Source: Inhella sp.
GTDB lineage: Bacteria; Pseudomonadota; Gammaproteobacteria; Burkholderiales; Burkholderiaceae_C
Direction: 5' to 3'
Assembly (NCBI RefSeq): GCF_027532025.1
Contig: NZ_JAPZSY010000052.1
Location: 377 to 64,376 of the forward strand
DNA: 64,000 bases
Below are positions 54,093-63,798 of this stretch, in pieces (position 1 is the stretch's first letter; every line of letters starts with the position of its first letter). A program made the position numbers and the translations under genes. The notes below the pieces were generated by a model that was not told the DNA's origin, did not search any database, and saw only the letters and a program-made list of their open reading frames with translations.

Positions 54093-56228
54093 TCAAGCCT
54101 TGCCGAGCTTCAGGTCGGGGTAGCGCACATGCTCGACCAGTTCCTGCGTTTCCTTCCGAGGCGCGGGCGTCAACAAACTCACCACGATGATCGTGATGAT
54201 GCCCAAGGGCATGCCGAAGATGCCGGCGGCGATTGGCGCGATTTCAAGCCAGGTGTAGTCGGATATCGGACCCTCCACCTTGAACAGGCTACGCAACCAA
54301 GGTTGGGTGGTGACCATGTAATACATCGTCACGGCAATGCCGACCAACATGCCGACCGATGCACCCCACTTGTTGGCCCTCTTCCAGAAGACACCCAACA
54401 CCAGCGCCGGGAAAAAGCCCGCCGCCGCCAGCGAGAACGCCGCCCCGACCAAGAACAAAATGTCGGCGATCTTCAGCGACGCCACATAGGCCGCCAGCAG
54501 TGCCACGATCAGCAGCAAGATCTTGGAGATCGTGACGCGCCGAGCGGTCGAGGCATTCGGATCGATCATCTTGTAGTAAACGTCGTGCGACAACGCATTG
54601 GCGATCGTCAGCAACAAGCCGTCGGCCGTTGATAGCGCCGCTGCCAACCCACCCGCAGCGACCATGCCGCTGATCACATAGGGCAGGCCCGCGATTTCTG
54701 GCGTGGCCAAAACGATGATGTCGCCGTCGATCCGCATCTCGCCAAGTTGGAAGATGCCGTCCTTGTTCACATCCGCAACCGAAATCAGCGTCGAGTCAAC
54801 CTTGGCCCAACTCGCGATCCACGCGGGCAGTTGGTCGATCGGGGTCCCCACCAGGTTGCTAAAGACCTCGAACTTGACCAATACCGCCAGGGCAGGCGCA
54901 GTGAAGTACAAGAGAAAGATGAAGAACAGGGACCAAGTCACCGACTCCCGCGCCTCTTTCACCGACGGTGTGGTGTAGTACCGCATCAGGATGTGCGGCA
55001 AAGCTGCCGTGCCCACCATCAGACACAAGACCAACGCCAAGAAGTTGCGACGCGAGTCGTCGTAGGCCTTGCGCGCCTTGTCGTCACCATTCGGGTCACC
55101 CGCATAGGCCTGTGCATGCGCTGGCATGCCAGCCAGGGGTTTGGCGCGGGCTTCGGCCGCCGCCTTGGCAGCCGTCCAAGCCTTCTTGGCAGTCTCGGCG
55201 TCCTTGGGGACATCCTTCAACGCTTTGTCGGCCGCCTGCACGTCAGCCGGCACCAAGGGCACGGCGGCATTGGCCGCCTCCAGCTTGGCCTGCGCATCCG
55301 CGCGGTCCTTGGCCAAGGCGACGTCCACATCCTTCAGCTTCTCGCCCAGCGCCGCAGCGCGCTGCTTGAAGATTTCAATGACCTCTTGCTCTTTCGGATC
55401 GGCCTTGATCTTCTTCTCCAGCTCCGTGACCTTTTGCAGCTGCTGGCCATAGATCAGTTGCGGCACGGGCACGCTGGTCTGCTGAACTGAAAGCCACACC
55501 ACCGGAATCATGTAAGCCACGATCAGGATGATGTACTGAGCCACCTGAGTCCAAGTCACGGCGCGCATGCCCCCTAGGAACGAGCACACCAAAATACCGG
55601 CCAAGCCTGCAAACACCCCGATCTCAAACGGGAAGCCCGTCAAGCGGGACGTTATCAAGCCAACGCCGTAGATCTGTGCCACCACGTAGACGAACGACAC
55701 CAGGATGGCCGCAAACACCCCAATCATGCGCGGCAAGTTGCCCTCGTAACGCGCACCCAAAAAGTCAGGGATCGTGAACTGGCCAAACTTGCGCAGGTAT
55801 GGCGCCAAGAACAGGGCCACCAAACAGTAGCCACCGGTCCACCCCATGATGAACGCCAAGCCCCTGTAGCCCGTCAGATAGAGCGTGCCAGCCATGCCGA
55901 TGAAGCTGGCAGCGGACATCCAGTCGGCGCCCGTGGCCATGCCGTTGTACACCGCAGGCACTCGGCGACCCGCCACGTAGTACTCGCTGGCATCGGACGT
56001 TCGGCTCATGAACCCGATGCCGGCATACAGCAGCACCGTCGCAGCCAGAAAAGTCAGGCCGATCCCTTCCCGGGACAAGCCCATTTGTTCGGCCAAGGCA
56101 ACCGCCAAGACGAACAAGGCAAAACCCCCGACGTACCAGCTGTACACCTTGTTCAACTGCTTCTTGAAAGCAGCATTGGCCGCGGAGCTCGTCACACCAC
56201 CCCCCGCTTCGGGACTGAAGGCACCCAT
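54093..56228 (-). CDS. Sodium:solute symporter family large subunit (VC_2705-type, ActP-related) with a long hydrophilic insert
   Basis: The ATG at 56228 is 1 nt after the small-subunit stop, with GAGGAGG upstream. SSF topology and motifs (ADWMSAASFIGMAG, GGMRAVTWTQV). A Lys/Ala/Glu-rich segment of roughly 130 aa sits mid-protein. Confidence 0.88.
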   Translation of the reverse strand: MGAFSPEAGGGVTSSAANAAFKKQLNKVYSWYVGGFALFVLAVALAEQMGLSREGIGLTFLAATVLLYAGIGFMSRTSDASEYYVAGRRVPAVYNGMATGADWMSAASFIGMAGTLYLTGYRGLAFIMGWTGGYCLVALFLAPYLRKFGQFTIPDFLGARYEGNLPRMIGVFAAILVSFVYVVAQIYGVGLITSRLTGFPFEIGVFAGLAGILVCSFLGGMRAVTWTQVAQYIILIVAYMIPVVWLSVQQTSVPVPQLIYGQQLQKVTELEKKIKADPKEQEVIEIFKQRAAALGEKLKDVDVALAKDRADAQAKLEAANAAVPLVPADVQAADKALKDVPKDAETAKKAWTAAKAAAEARAKPLAGMPAHAQAYAGDPNGDDKARKAYDDSRRNFLALVLCLMVGTAALPHILMRYYTTPSVKEARESVTWSLFFIFLLYFTAPALAVLVKFEVFSNLVGTPIDQLPAWIASWAKVDSTLISVADVNKDGIFQLGEMRIDGDIIVLATPEIAGLPYVISGMVAAGGLAAALSTADGLLLTIANALSHDVYYKMIDPNASTARRVTISKILLLIVALLAAYVASLKIADILFLVGAAFSLAAAGFFPALVLGVFWKRANKWGASVGMLVGIAVTMYYMVTTQPWLRSLFKVEGPISDYTWLEIAPIAAGIFGMPLGIITIIVVSLLTPAPRKETQELVEHVRYPDLKLGKA

Positions 56229-56229
56229 G

Positions 56230-56493
56230 TCAGACCTCCTCGGCAACGCCGTGTTCTTGGTCCAGCTTGTTCATGTAACGCGCGTAGAACCAAATGATGA
56301 CCACATAGACAACGAGCGACCCCTGGGCAGCCATGTAGAAGCTGAAGGGCCAGCCGAAGAAGTTGAAGCTCAGGTCTCGAGCGAAGTACGCGACCACGAA
56401 GGTCGCCACGAACCAGATGGCCAGCAGCACCGCGGTGATCCGCAGGTTCTTCTGCCAGTACTGGCGATGCTTTTCAGTCAGCTGCATACCCAT
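56230..56493 (-). CDS. DUF4212 small subunit of solute:sodium symporter
   Basis: The ATG at 56493 has GGAG upstream. The 87-aa product is MGMQLTEKHRQYWQKNLRITAVLLAIWFVATFVVAYFARDLSFNFFGWPFSFYMAAQG... Confidence 0.85.
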   Translation of the reverse strand: MGMQLTEKHRQYWQKNLRITAVLLAIWFVATFVVAYFARDLSFNFFGWPFSFYMAAQGSLVVYVVIIWFYARYMNKLDQEHGVAEEV

Positions 56494-56542
56494 GTCTCCA
56501 GGATGAGCCCTGCGGGCAGGGCGGTTTCTTGAAACGGCGCCG

Positions 56543-57109
56543 TCATTGGGAGGGCTCCATGGCCAGTTCGCGCGCCAACGCACCTGCCACCCTGGGCTCG
56601 AACTCCTTCAGCCGCGCCAGGACCTGCGCCGCTTCCTCGTGCTCCTGCCGCTGCGCATGCAGCCGCGCCAACTGAGTCCAGCCATACGGACTCAGAGGCT
56701 GCAGCTCGGTGTTGCGTCGAAAAGCCTGTTTGGCCTCCTCATAGCGCCCCAACTGCAACAACGATTGCCCGAGCCCATACCACGCCAAATCAAGCTTGGG
56801 ATCGATCTCCACGGCACGCGCATGAGCCAACGCTGCTCCCGCAACATCGCTGAGCTTTTCACGCACGAAGCCCAAGTTGAACCAGTGGCCCGCTTGGGTC
56901 GGATGCGATTGGGTCAAGCGCTCAAAGCCATCGGCGGCGAGGCCCCAATCGCCGTCTTGGGCATCCAGATAAGCGCAACTGGCAATCGGAAATGGGTCTT
57001 GCGGACGCAAGCGCTGCAGGCGACCGAAACAACGACGCGCAGCACTTCGCTGCCCCACCGCGAGCAACACCCAAGCCTGCGCTCGCAACCACCACCAATT
57101 CACAAACAT
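56543..57109 (-). CDS. TPR-repeat protein
   Basis: ATG at 57109 (MFVNWWWLRAQAW, hydrophobic N-terminus). TPR-like repeats follow (AGHWFNLGFVREKLSD, AWYGLGQSLLQLGRYEEAKQAF, YGWTQLARLHAQRQEHEEA). Confidence 0.7.
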   Translation of the reverse strand: MFVNWWWLRAQAWVLLAVGQRSAARRCFGRLQRLRPQDPFPIASCAYLDAQDGDWGLAADGFERLTQSHPTQAGHWFNLGFVREKLSDVAGAALAHARAVEIDPKLDLAWYGLGQSLLQLGRYEEAKQAFRRNTELQPLSPYGWTQLARLHAQRQEHEEAAQVLARLKEFEPRVAGALARELAMEPSQ

Positions 57110-57477
57110 TGCTGCACTCCAATCTGGCGGCACAGATCCACCTTCCAAAGCAAGGCAAACACCCACAAGCCGATGAGCAAGGCCGCAGTCACATGGCCGA
57201 TATGGCGGTCGACCACAACGGAAGGGGTCAAGGCCCTCACCAACCGCTCCAAAGGCCTCACCATCAAGTGGAGGGCCTGATAAGCCAAGTTGTCTTGGCG
57301 CTTGCCGCCAATCAGGACACCCAACAGGAATCGACCCAACATCGCCAGGAGGGCGATCTCGCAAATCAACTTGATGGCAGTCGCGATGGTTAGCAGCATG
57401 TGGCAACAAGGCGCACCGGGGCGCATCAATCCAATGGCCAGCCATGGTGTGCAGTCAGGCTTACAGGTCTCTGACAT
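57100..57477 (-). CDS. Hypothetical small membrane protein
   Basis: The ORF has two hydrophobic spans. None of the candidate starts (57477, 57426, 57399) has a clear SD. It overlaps the TPR gene start by 10 nt. Confidence 0.4.
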   Translation of the reverse strand: MSETCKPDCTPWLAIGLMRPGAPCCHMLLTIATAIKLICEIALLAMLGRFLLGVLIGGKRQDNLAYQALHLMVRPLERLVRALTPSVVVDRHIGHVTAALLIGLWVFALLWKVDLCRQIGVQQCL

Positions 57478-57633
57478 TCGCGGCCAGCCGCGCGTTAGTC
57501 CTGTGCTCGCAAACCCGCGAACCGGAGGGGACGGTCGTGTGACAATTTGAGGGCGCCGTTTGGGCGCAGCGCTCCCACGCGCCGTGCGCCGCAGATTGAG
57601 CTGCGGCCCCCTCCCAACCCAACACCTGTCACC

Positions 57634-58738
57634 ATGGACGCCGAACGCATCAATGCTTTGGGCACGCTGATCAACGACCTCCGTGCGCGCACCGACGCGC
57701 TCCGGGGGTATCTTTGACTACGACCGCAAAGCCCTGCGACTGAACGAAGTCAACGCCGCGCTGGAGAACCCCGCGGTCTGGAACGAACCCAAGCGCGCCC
57801 AGGACCTGGGCAAAGAAAAGCGCGAACTCGATCGCGTGGTCGAGACGATCAACCACCTCGAATCCAACTTGGCCGACAACCTCGAGTTGTTCGACATGGC
57901 CAAGGCCGAGGGGGACTTTGACTCCATCGAAACGCTCGAAGGCGAGACCGCCAAGCTGACCGCCATGGTGGAGGAGTTCGAGTTCCGCCGGATGTTCAAC
58001 AACCCGGCCGACCCGAGCAACTGCTTCATCGACATCCAGGCCGGCGCCGGCGGCACCGAGGCCTGCGACTGGGCCGGCATGCTGCTGCGCCAGTACTTGA
58101 AGTACTGCGAGCGCAAGGGCTTCAAGGCCACCGTCGAAGACGAAACCCCCGGTGACGTGGCCGGCTTGAAGAGCGCCACCATCAAGGTGGAGGGCGAGTA
58201 CGCCTTCGGTTTGCTGCGCACCGAAACCGGCGTGCACCGTCTGGTTCGCAAGAGCCCCTTCGACAGCGCGGGGGGCCGCCACACGAGCTTCGCCTCGCTG
58301 TTCGTGTACCCGGAGATCGACGACTCCATCGAGATCGAGATCAACCCAGCCGACGTGCGCACCGACACCTTCCGCGCCAGCGGCGCCGGCGGCCAGCACA
58401 TCAACAAAACCGACTCGGCCGTGCGCCTGACGCACATCCCGACCGGCATCGTGGTGCAGTGCCAAGACGGCCGCAGCCAGCACAGCAACCGCGACGTGGC
58501 CTGGAAGCGCCTGCGCTCGCGCCTGTACGACCACGAGATGCGCAAGCGCCAGGAAGAGCAGCAAAAGCTGGAAGACACCAAGACCGACGTGGGCTGGGGC
58601 CACCAGATCCGCTCCTACGTGCTGGACCAAAGCCGCATCAAGGACTTGCGCACCAACGTCGAAATCTCCAACACCCAGAAGGTGTTGGACGGCGACCTCG
58701 ACGCCTTCATCACCGCCAGCCTCAAGCAAGGCGTGTGA
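57634..58738 (+). CDS. prfB: Peptide chain release factor 2 (requires programmed +1 frameshift at 57712-57717)
   Basis: Frame 0 runs from ATG 57634 to CTT 57712-14, then an in-frame TGA (57715-17). The +1 frame continues GAC at 57716 ([12 protein letters not shown]...) to 58738. SPF (RKSPFDS) and GGQ ([11 protein letters not shown]) motifs are present. Confidence 0.93.
57703..57718 (+). promoter_or_regulatory. RF2 autoregulatory frameshift site
   Basis: CGGGGGTATCTTTGAC: an SD-like GGGGG, a 3-nt spacer, then the slippery CTT_TGA_C. It is identical in layout to the E. coli site. Confidence 0.9.
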
Positions 58739-58965
58739 TCCATGGCCCCCGGTCTCTCTTCGGTGCGCGCCCGGCTGGCCGCGCTGGGCCAGTGGCCCAG
58801 CCGTTCGGTAGGCTGGCGAGCGGTGCTCGCCAGTCCGGCCTCACCCCCCCAAGGGGGCCGCGGTCGCCTTGGGGCTGAGCCTGGACTCAGGGCGCCCTGC
58901 GGGCGGCCTGTGCCTGGCGAAGGGCGAATGCACTGCCGTGAGACGGCCCGGCGCCGACCGGCCGC

Positions 58966-59403
58966 ATGAAAACGACGTTTGCGCTCGCGCTGGGCATCGC
59001 CATCGTCGGCCAGGTCCTGTACCAGGTCACGCAAAAGACGGTGCACGCCGAGGCCCATCCCGTTCTGGCCCTGATCGCCTTCTACCTGGTGGCGGCGGTG
59101 CTGTCGCTGCCCTTGTTCTTCCTGTTCCCGCTGCAGGGTTCGCTCGCGGCTGGCATCGGTCGGTTGAACGTCTCGGTGCTGGGCGTCGCCTTGTCCATCG
59201 TGCTGATCGAGTTAGGCTTCTTGCTGGCTTACCGCAGCGGCGGCAGCCTTTCCACCACCTACGTGCTCAGCGCGTCGGTGGTCGCCTGCGTGGTGCTCGC
59301 GTTGGGCGCCGTGTTTTTCAAGGAGACCCTCACGGTCTCCAGGTTGGCCGGCATCGGCCTGTGTTTCTCGGGCATCTGGCTGCTGACGCGGCCCACCGCC
59401 TGA
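58966..59403 (+). CDS. Small EamA/DMT-like (half-size) membrane protein
   Basis: 145 aa with 4-5 hydrophobic spans. The C-terminal GIGLCFSGIWLL is typical of EamA-type repeats. No obvious SD. Confidence 0.65.
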   Translation: MKTTFALALGIAIVGQVLYQVTQKTVHAEAHPVLALIAFYLVAAVLSLPLFFLFPLQGSLAAGIGRLNVSVLGVALSIVLIELGFLLAYRSGGSLSTTYVLSASVVACVVLALGAVFFKETLTVSRLAGIGLCFSGIWLLTRPTA

Positions 59404-59431
59404 ACCCTCCCTGTTTTTCAAAGGAACCGAC

Positions 59432-62086
59432 ATGCGTGAAGGCACCGCCACCGCCATCCAACGCCTGGACTACCAAGCCCCGGCTTACTGGATCGCCACC
59501 GTCGACCTGACGTTCGACTTGGACCCGGCCAAGACCCTGGTCACCAGCAAGATGACGGTGAAGCGCAACAGCGCTCAGACGCACGGGCCGCTGGTGCTGG
59601 TGGGCGAAGAACTGACCCTGCTGCGATGCCTGATCGACGGTGAACCGGTGAGCTTCCGCCAGGAAGGCAACGACCTGATCATCGAGGCACCCGATCGCGA
59701 TTTCGAGCTGACCCTGCGCACCGCCTGCGCACCGGAAAAGAACACCGCGCTGAGCGGCCTGTACACCTCGGGCGGCAGCTTCTTCACGCAGTGCGAGGCC
59801 GAGGGCTTCCGCCGCATCACCTATTTCCTGGACCGCCCGGACGTGATGGCCGTCTACACGGTCACCTTGCGGGCCGACGCCAGCAAGTACCCCGTGCTGC
59901 TCAGCAACGGCAACCTGCTGGAACAAGGCACCCTGGACGGTGGCAAGCACTTCGCCAAGTGGCACGACCCCTTCCCCAAACCCAGCTACCTGTTCGCCGT
60001 GGTGGCCGGTGACCTCGTGGCACGCGAGCAGCGCATCACCACCCGCTCGGGCAAAGACCACCTGCTGCAGGTCTTCGTGCGCCGAGGCGACCTGGACAAA
60101 ACCGAGCACGCGATGAACTCGCTCATCGCCTCCATCGTGTGGGACGAGAAGCGCTTCAACCTGCCGCTGGACCTGGAACGCTTCATGGTGGTCGGCGTGT
60201 CCGACTTCAACATGGGCGCGATGGAGAACAAGGGCCTGAACATCTTCAACACCAGCGCCCTGCTCTGCTCGCCCGCCACCGCCACCGACGCCGACTTCCA
60301 GCGCATCGAGAGCATCGTGGCCCACGAGTATTTTCACAACTGGACGGGCAACCGCGTCACCTGCCGCGACTGGTTCCAGCTCTCGCTGAAAGAAGGCCTC
60401 ACCGTCTTCCGCGACCGCGAATTCAGCATGGACATGGCGGGCAGCGACAGTGCGCGCGCCGTGCAGCGCATCCAGCAGGTGCGCAACCTGCGCGCCATCC
60501 AGTTCCCCGAAGACGCCGGCACGATGGCGCACCCCGTTCGGCCCGACAGCTACGTCGAGATCAACAACTTCTACACCGCCACCGTCTACGAAAAGGGCGC
60601 CGAGGTCGTGGGCCTCTACCAAACCTTGCTGGGCCGCGACGGCTTCGCCAAAGGCATGGCCCTGTACTTCGAGCGCCACGACGGCCAGGCCGTGACCTGC
60701 GACGACTTCGCCCAGGCCATGGCCGACGCCAATCCCGGCTCGCCGCTGAGCAGCCGGCTGGACGCCTTCAAGCGCTGGTACAGCCAGCCCGGCACGCCGC
60801 AGGTCGCGGCGCAGGGCGAGTACGACGCCGAGGGCCACACCTACACGCTGCGCCTGAGCCAACGCAACGCCAAGGGCCCGCTGCCTCAAGTCATCCCGGT
60901 GCGCATGGGGCTGGTGGGCTCCGAAGGTCAAGCCCTGCCGCTGCAATTGCAAGGCGAGATTGCCGCGCGCGGCACCGACACGGTGCTCATCCTGGAAGAG
61001 GCCGACCAGACCTTCACCTTCGTCAATGTGATGCTGCCGCCGGTGCCCTCGCTGCTGCGCGGCTTCTCGGCCCCGGTGGTGCTGGAAGACGGCCTGAGCG
61101 ACCCTCAACTGTTGACCCTGTTGCGCCACGACAGCGACGCTTTCAACCGCTGGGAAGCCAGCCAGCGCCTGGCCCTCAAGCGCCTGTTGCGCGCCGCACG
61201 CGCCGGCCAACCGGCTCATTTGGACCACGCTTACGTGGAAGCGATGCGGACGCTGCTGCGTCACCCAGACTTGGACGCCGCCTTCAAAGCCGAAGCCTTG
61301 CGCCTGCCCAACGCGGCTTACATCGCCGAGCAGCTGGAGGTGGTCGACCCGCAGGCCATCCATGGCGCCGTCGAGTCCGCCTGGGACCAACTGGCCGAGG
61401 CCCTGCGCGACGACTGGGCTTGGGCCTTCGAAGCCCACCAGATCGCGGGCGGCTACAGCCCCAACGCCGCCGACGCTGGCCGACGCGCCCTGGCCAACCT
61501 TGCGCTGGCCATGCTGGTGCGCGGCTCAGTGGCACACGGCGATCCAGTCTGGCCGGGCCGCGCCTACCAACGCGTGAAGACCGCCAGCAACATGACCGAG
61601 CGCTTTGGCGCCCTGGCCGCGCTGGTGAACGCTCACGCCGAGTTGGCCGATGCCGCGCTGGCCCACTTCCACGCCCTGTTTGCCCAAGACGCGCTGGTCG
61701 TCGACAAGTGGTTCATGCTGCAAGCGCGTGCACCCGAACGAGCCGGTCGGGTGTTTGAGCGCGCCAAGAAGCTGCTGCAACACCCGGACTTCACGCTCAA
61801 AAACCCCAACCGCGCGCGCAGCCTGCTCGTGCAGTTGTGCAACTTCAACCCCGGTGCCTTCCACCGCAGCGATGCCGCCGGCTACGTGCTGTGGGCCGAG
61901 CAAGTGGCGGCCATCGACGCCATCAACCCGCAACTGGCAAGCCGGCTGGCCCGCGCCATGGACCGCTGGAGCACCCTGGCCGAGCCCTACCGCACGGCGG
62001 CGCAAGAAGCGCTGAAGCGACTGGCCGAGCGCGCATCCTTGTCGAACGACGTTCGCGAGATCGTCACCAAGGCCCTGGGAGCTTGA
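59432..62086 (+). CDS. pepN: Aminopeptidase N
   Basis: 884 aa with GAMEN and [25 protein letters not shown] (HExxH-x18-E). Confidence 0.95.
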   Translation: MREGTATAIQRLDYQAPAYWIATVDLTFDLDPAKTLVTSKMTVKRNSAQTHGPLVLVGEELTLLRCLIDGEPVSFRQEGNDLIIEAPDRDFELTLRTACAPEKNTALSGLYTSGGSFFTQCEAEGFRRITYFLDRPDVMAVYTVTLRADASKYPVLLSNGNLLEQGTLDGGKHFAKWHDPFPKPSYLFAVVAGDLVAREQRITTRSGKDHLLQVFVRRGDLDKTEHAMNSLIASIVWDEKRFNLPLDLERFMVVGVSDFNMGAMENKGLNIFNTSALLCSPATATDADFQRIESIVAHEYFHNWTGNRVTCRDWFQLSLKEGLTVFRDREFSMDMAGSDSARAVQRIQQVRNLRAIQFPEDAGTMAHPVRPDSYVEINNFYTATVYEKGAEVVGLYQTLLGRDGFAKGMALYFERHDGQAVTCDDFAQAMADANPGSPLSSRLDAFKRWYSQPGTPQVAAQGEYDAEGHTYTLRLSQRNAKGPLPQVIPVRMGLVGSEGQALPLQLQGEIAARGTDTVLILEEADQTFTFVNVMLPPVPSLLRGFSAPVVLEDGLSDPQLLTLLRHDSDAFNRWEASQRLALKRLLRAARAGQPAHLDHAYVEAMRTLLRHPDLDAAFKAEALRLPNAAYIAEQLEVVDPQAIHGAVESAWDQLAEALRDDWAWAFEAHQIAGGYSPNAADAGRRALANLALAMLVRGSVAHGDPVWPGRAYQRVKTASNMTERFGALAALVNAHAELADAALAHFHALFAQDALVVDKWFMLQARAPERAGRVFERAKKLLQHPDFTLKNPNRARSLLVQLCNFNPGAFHRSDAAGYVLWAEQVAAIDAINPQLASRLARAMDRWSTLAEPYRTAAQEALKRLAERASLSNDVREIVTKALGA

Positions 62087-62088
62087 TC

Positions 62089-63117
62089 GTGGCGCAACGC
62101 ATCAGCCTGACGCAGTACCTGGTCGAACAACAACGCGCCCACGGCCACATCCCGCAGCAGCTGCGCCTGCTCATCGAGGTGGTGGCCCGCGCCTGCAAGC
62201 GCATCGCCATCAGCGTCAACAAGGGCGCTCTGGGTGACGTGCTGGGCACCGCCGGCAGCGAGAACGTGCAAGGCGAGGTCCAGAAGAAGCTGGACATCAT
62301 CGCCAACGAGGTGCTCATCGAGGCCAACGAATGGGGCGGTCACCTGGCGGCCATGGGCTCCGAGGAGATGGACAGCATCCACGTCGTGCCCAACCGCTAC
62401 CCGCAAGGCGAGTACCTGTTGTTGTTCGACCCGCTCGACGGCAGCAGCAACATCGACGTCAACGTCAGCATCGGCACCATCTTTTCGGTGCTGCGCAAGG
62501 TCAACAACCAGCGCGGCATCAGCGAAGAAGACTTCTTGCAGCCCGGCAAGCAGCAGGCCGCCGCCGGCTATTGCATCTACGGCCCGCAGGTGACCCTGGT
62601 GCTGACCGTGGGCGACGGCGTGGCCATGTTCACCCTGGACCGCGAAATGGGCTCTTGGGTGCTGACGGCCGACGAGGTCAAGATCCCCGCCGACACCAAG
62701 GAGTTCGCCATCAACATGTCGAACCTGCGCCACTGGGCCCCGCCGGTGAAGCGCTACATCGACGAGTGTCTGGCCGGCAGCACCGGCCCGCGCGAGAAGG
62801 ACTTCAACATGCGCTGGGTGGCCAGCATGGTGGCCGACGTGCACCGCATCCTGACCCGCGGCGGCATCTTCATGTACCCCTGGGACGCCCGTGAACCCCA
62901 CAAAGCCGGCAAGCTGCGGCTGATGTACGAGGCCAACCCGATGGGCTTCATCGTCGAGCAAGCCGGTGGCATGGCCACCGACGGTCAGCGGCGCATCCTC
63001 GACATCGTGCCGACCAAGCTGCACGAACGCGTGGCCGTGGTGCTGGGCTCGAAGAACGAGGTGGACCGTGTCACCCGATACCACCTGGAGCCGCCGCCCC
63101 CTGCAGCGCCAAATTGA
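62089..63117 (+). CDS. fbp: Fructose-1,6-bisphosphatase class 1
   Basis: The GTG at 62089 lies 2 nt after the pepN stop. The product starts (M)[15 protein letters not shown], then [23 protein letters not shown] and GGIFMYP. Confidence 0.9.
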   Translation: MAQRISLTQYLVEQQRAHGHIPQQLRLLIEVVARACKRIAISVNKGALGDVLGTAGSENVQGEVQKKLDIIANEVLIEANEWGGHLAAMGSEEMDSIHVVPNRYPQGEYLLLFDPLDGSSNIDVNVSIGTIFSVLRKVNNQRGISEEDFLQPGKQQAAAGYCIYGPQVTLVLTVGDGVAMFTLDREMGSWVLTADEVKIPADTKEFAINMSNLRHWAPPVKRYIDECLAGSTGPREKDFNMRWVASMVADVHRILTRGGIFMYPWDAREPHKAGKLRLMYEANPMGFIVEQAGGMATDGQRRILDIVPTKLHERVAVVLGSKNEVDRVTRYHLEPPPPAAPN

Positions 63118-63712
63118 TCATGCGGAGGTGGTGGTCGGAGATGCCGGCCTCCACCTGGCTGGCGAGCTCGAGGTGGTCGCAGCACTTCACCTGCATGAGG
63201 GTCACCAAGCCGTGGATGCTGCTCCAGACGAACATGGCATCGGCATCCAACTTCGCCTTGGGAACCTCCTGACCGTAGAGCCGGCGCAAGGCTGAGCGCA
63301 GGACTTCGAAGGCGCGCAGGCCGGCGCTGTACAGCTCCTCATCCTCGGCAGGCTCCGGCCAATCGTTGCCGAACATGAGGCGGTATTCCAGCGCGTTTAT
63401 CGCTGCATAACGCATGTAAGCACGACCCAGCGAGTCGAAATCGGCCCCTGGATCTTCGAAGCGCTCGCGGCCCTCCAACGCGTCCGCGAAGGACTCATAG
63501 CAGCGACGCAGGACCTCAGACAGCAGGTGGTCCCGGCTGGCGAAATGCTTGTACGGCGCCTGATGGCTCACCCCAAGTCGGCGCGCCACGTCACGCAGGC
63601 TCAGCTTTTCCAACCCATGCTCGGCAATCGCCTCGCGCGCTGCCTGCAAACAGGCCTCACGCATCGGCAAGGGCTCATCGGTCCATCGGGCGTTTTCGCT
63701 CATGCACGCCAT
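63071..63712 (-). CDS. TetR-family transcriptional regulator
   Basis: The N-terminal HTH is [28 protein letters not shown]. The start is 63712 or 63703. The 3' end overlaps fbp convergently by 47 nt. Confidence 0.87.
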   Translation of the reverse strand: MACMSENARWTDEPLPMREACLQAAREAIAEHGLEKLSLRDVARRLGVSHQAPYKHFASRDHLLSEVLRRCYESFADALEGRERFEDPGADFDSLGRAYMRYAAINALEYRLMFGNDWPEPAEDEELYSAGLRAFEVLRSALRRLYGQEVPKAKLDADAMFVWSSIHGLVTLMQVKCCDHLELASQVEAGISDHHLRMINLALQGAAAPGGIG

Positions 63713-63713
63713 T

Positions 63714-63772
63714 GTCCAACCTGCAGGTTGACAGCGTCAACCTTGCCTAGTACATTGGTTGACGCCGTCAAC
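63714..63772. promoter_or_regulatory. TetR operator array overlapping a near-consensus sigma70 promoter
   Basis: Palindromes CAACCTG/CAGGTTG (63716-29), AGGTTGAC-AGC-GTCAACCT (63725-43) and GTTGAC-GCC-GTCAAC (63758-72). On the + strand, TTGACA (63728-33) is followed by 17 nt and then TACATT (63751-56). Confidence 0.7.
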
Positions 63773-63798
63773 TTCGGCATCTTGCTCAGGAGCCCGTC

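Noticed and set aside
54093-57480. Lower-GC patch as a genomic island or mobile element
   Set aside because: I found no flanking direct repeats, tRNA, integrase or transposase. The genes are functionally linked to the GC-rich neighbours, so only a compositional observation is reported.
58742-58969. 75-aa ORF in the prfB-EamA spacer, and assignment of the spacer to a guanidine riboswitch class
   Set aside because: The ORF is Arg/Gly/Pro-rich with no RBS. I could not find the ykkC, mini-ykkC (paired ACGR loops) or ykkC-III consensus elements by eye, so no specific riboswitch call is justified.
57671-63084. Long minus-strand ORFs opposite prfB, pepN and fbp (57671-58729, 59330-61438, 61987-63084)
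   Set aside because: They are shadow frames of strongly supported + strand genes. The products are A/G/V/H/Q-rich with no domain pattern.
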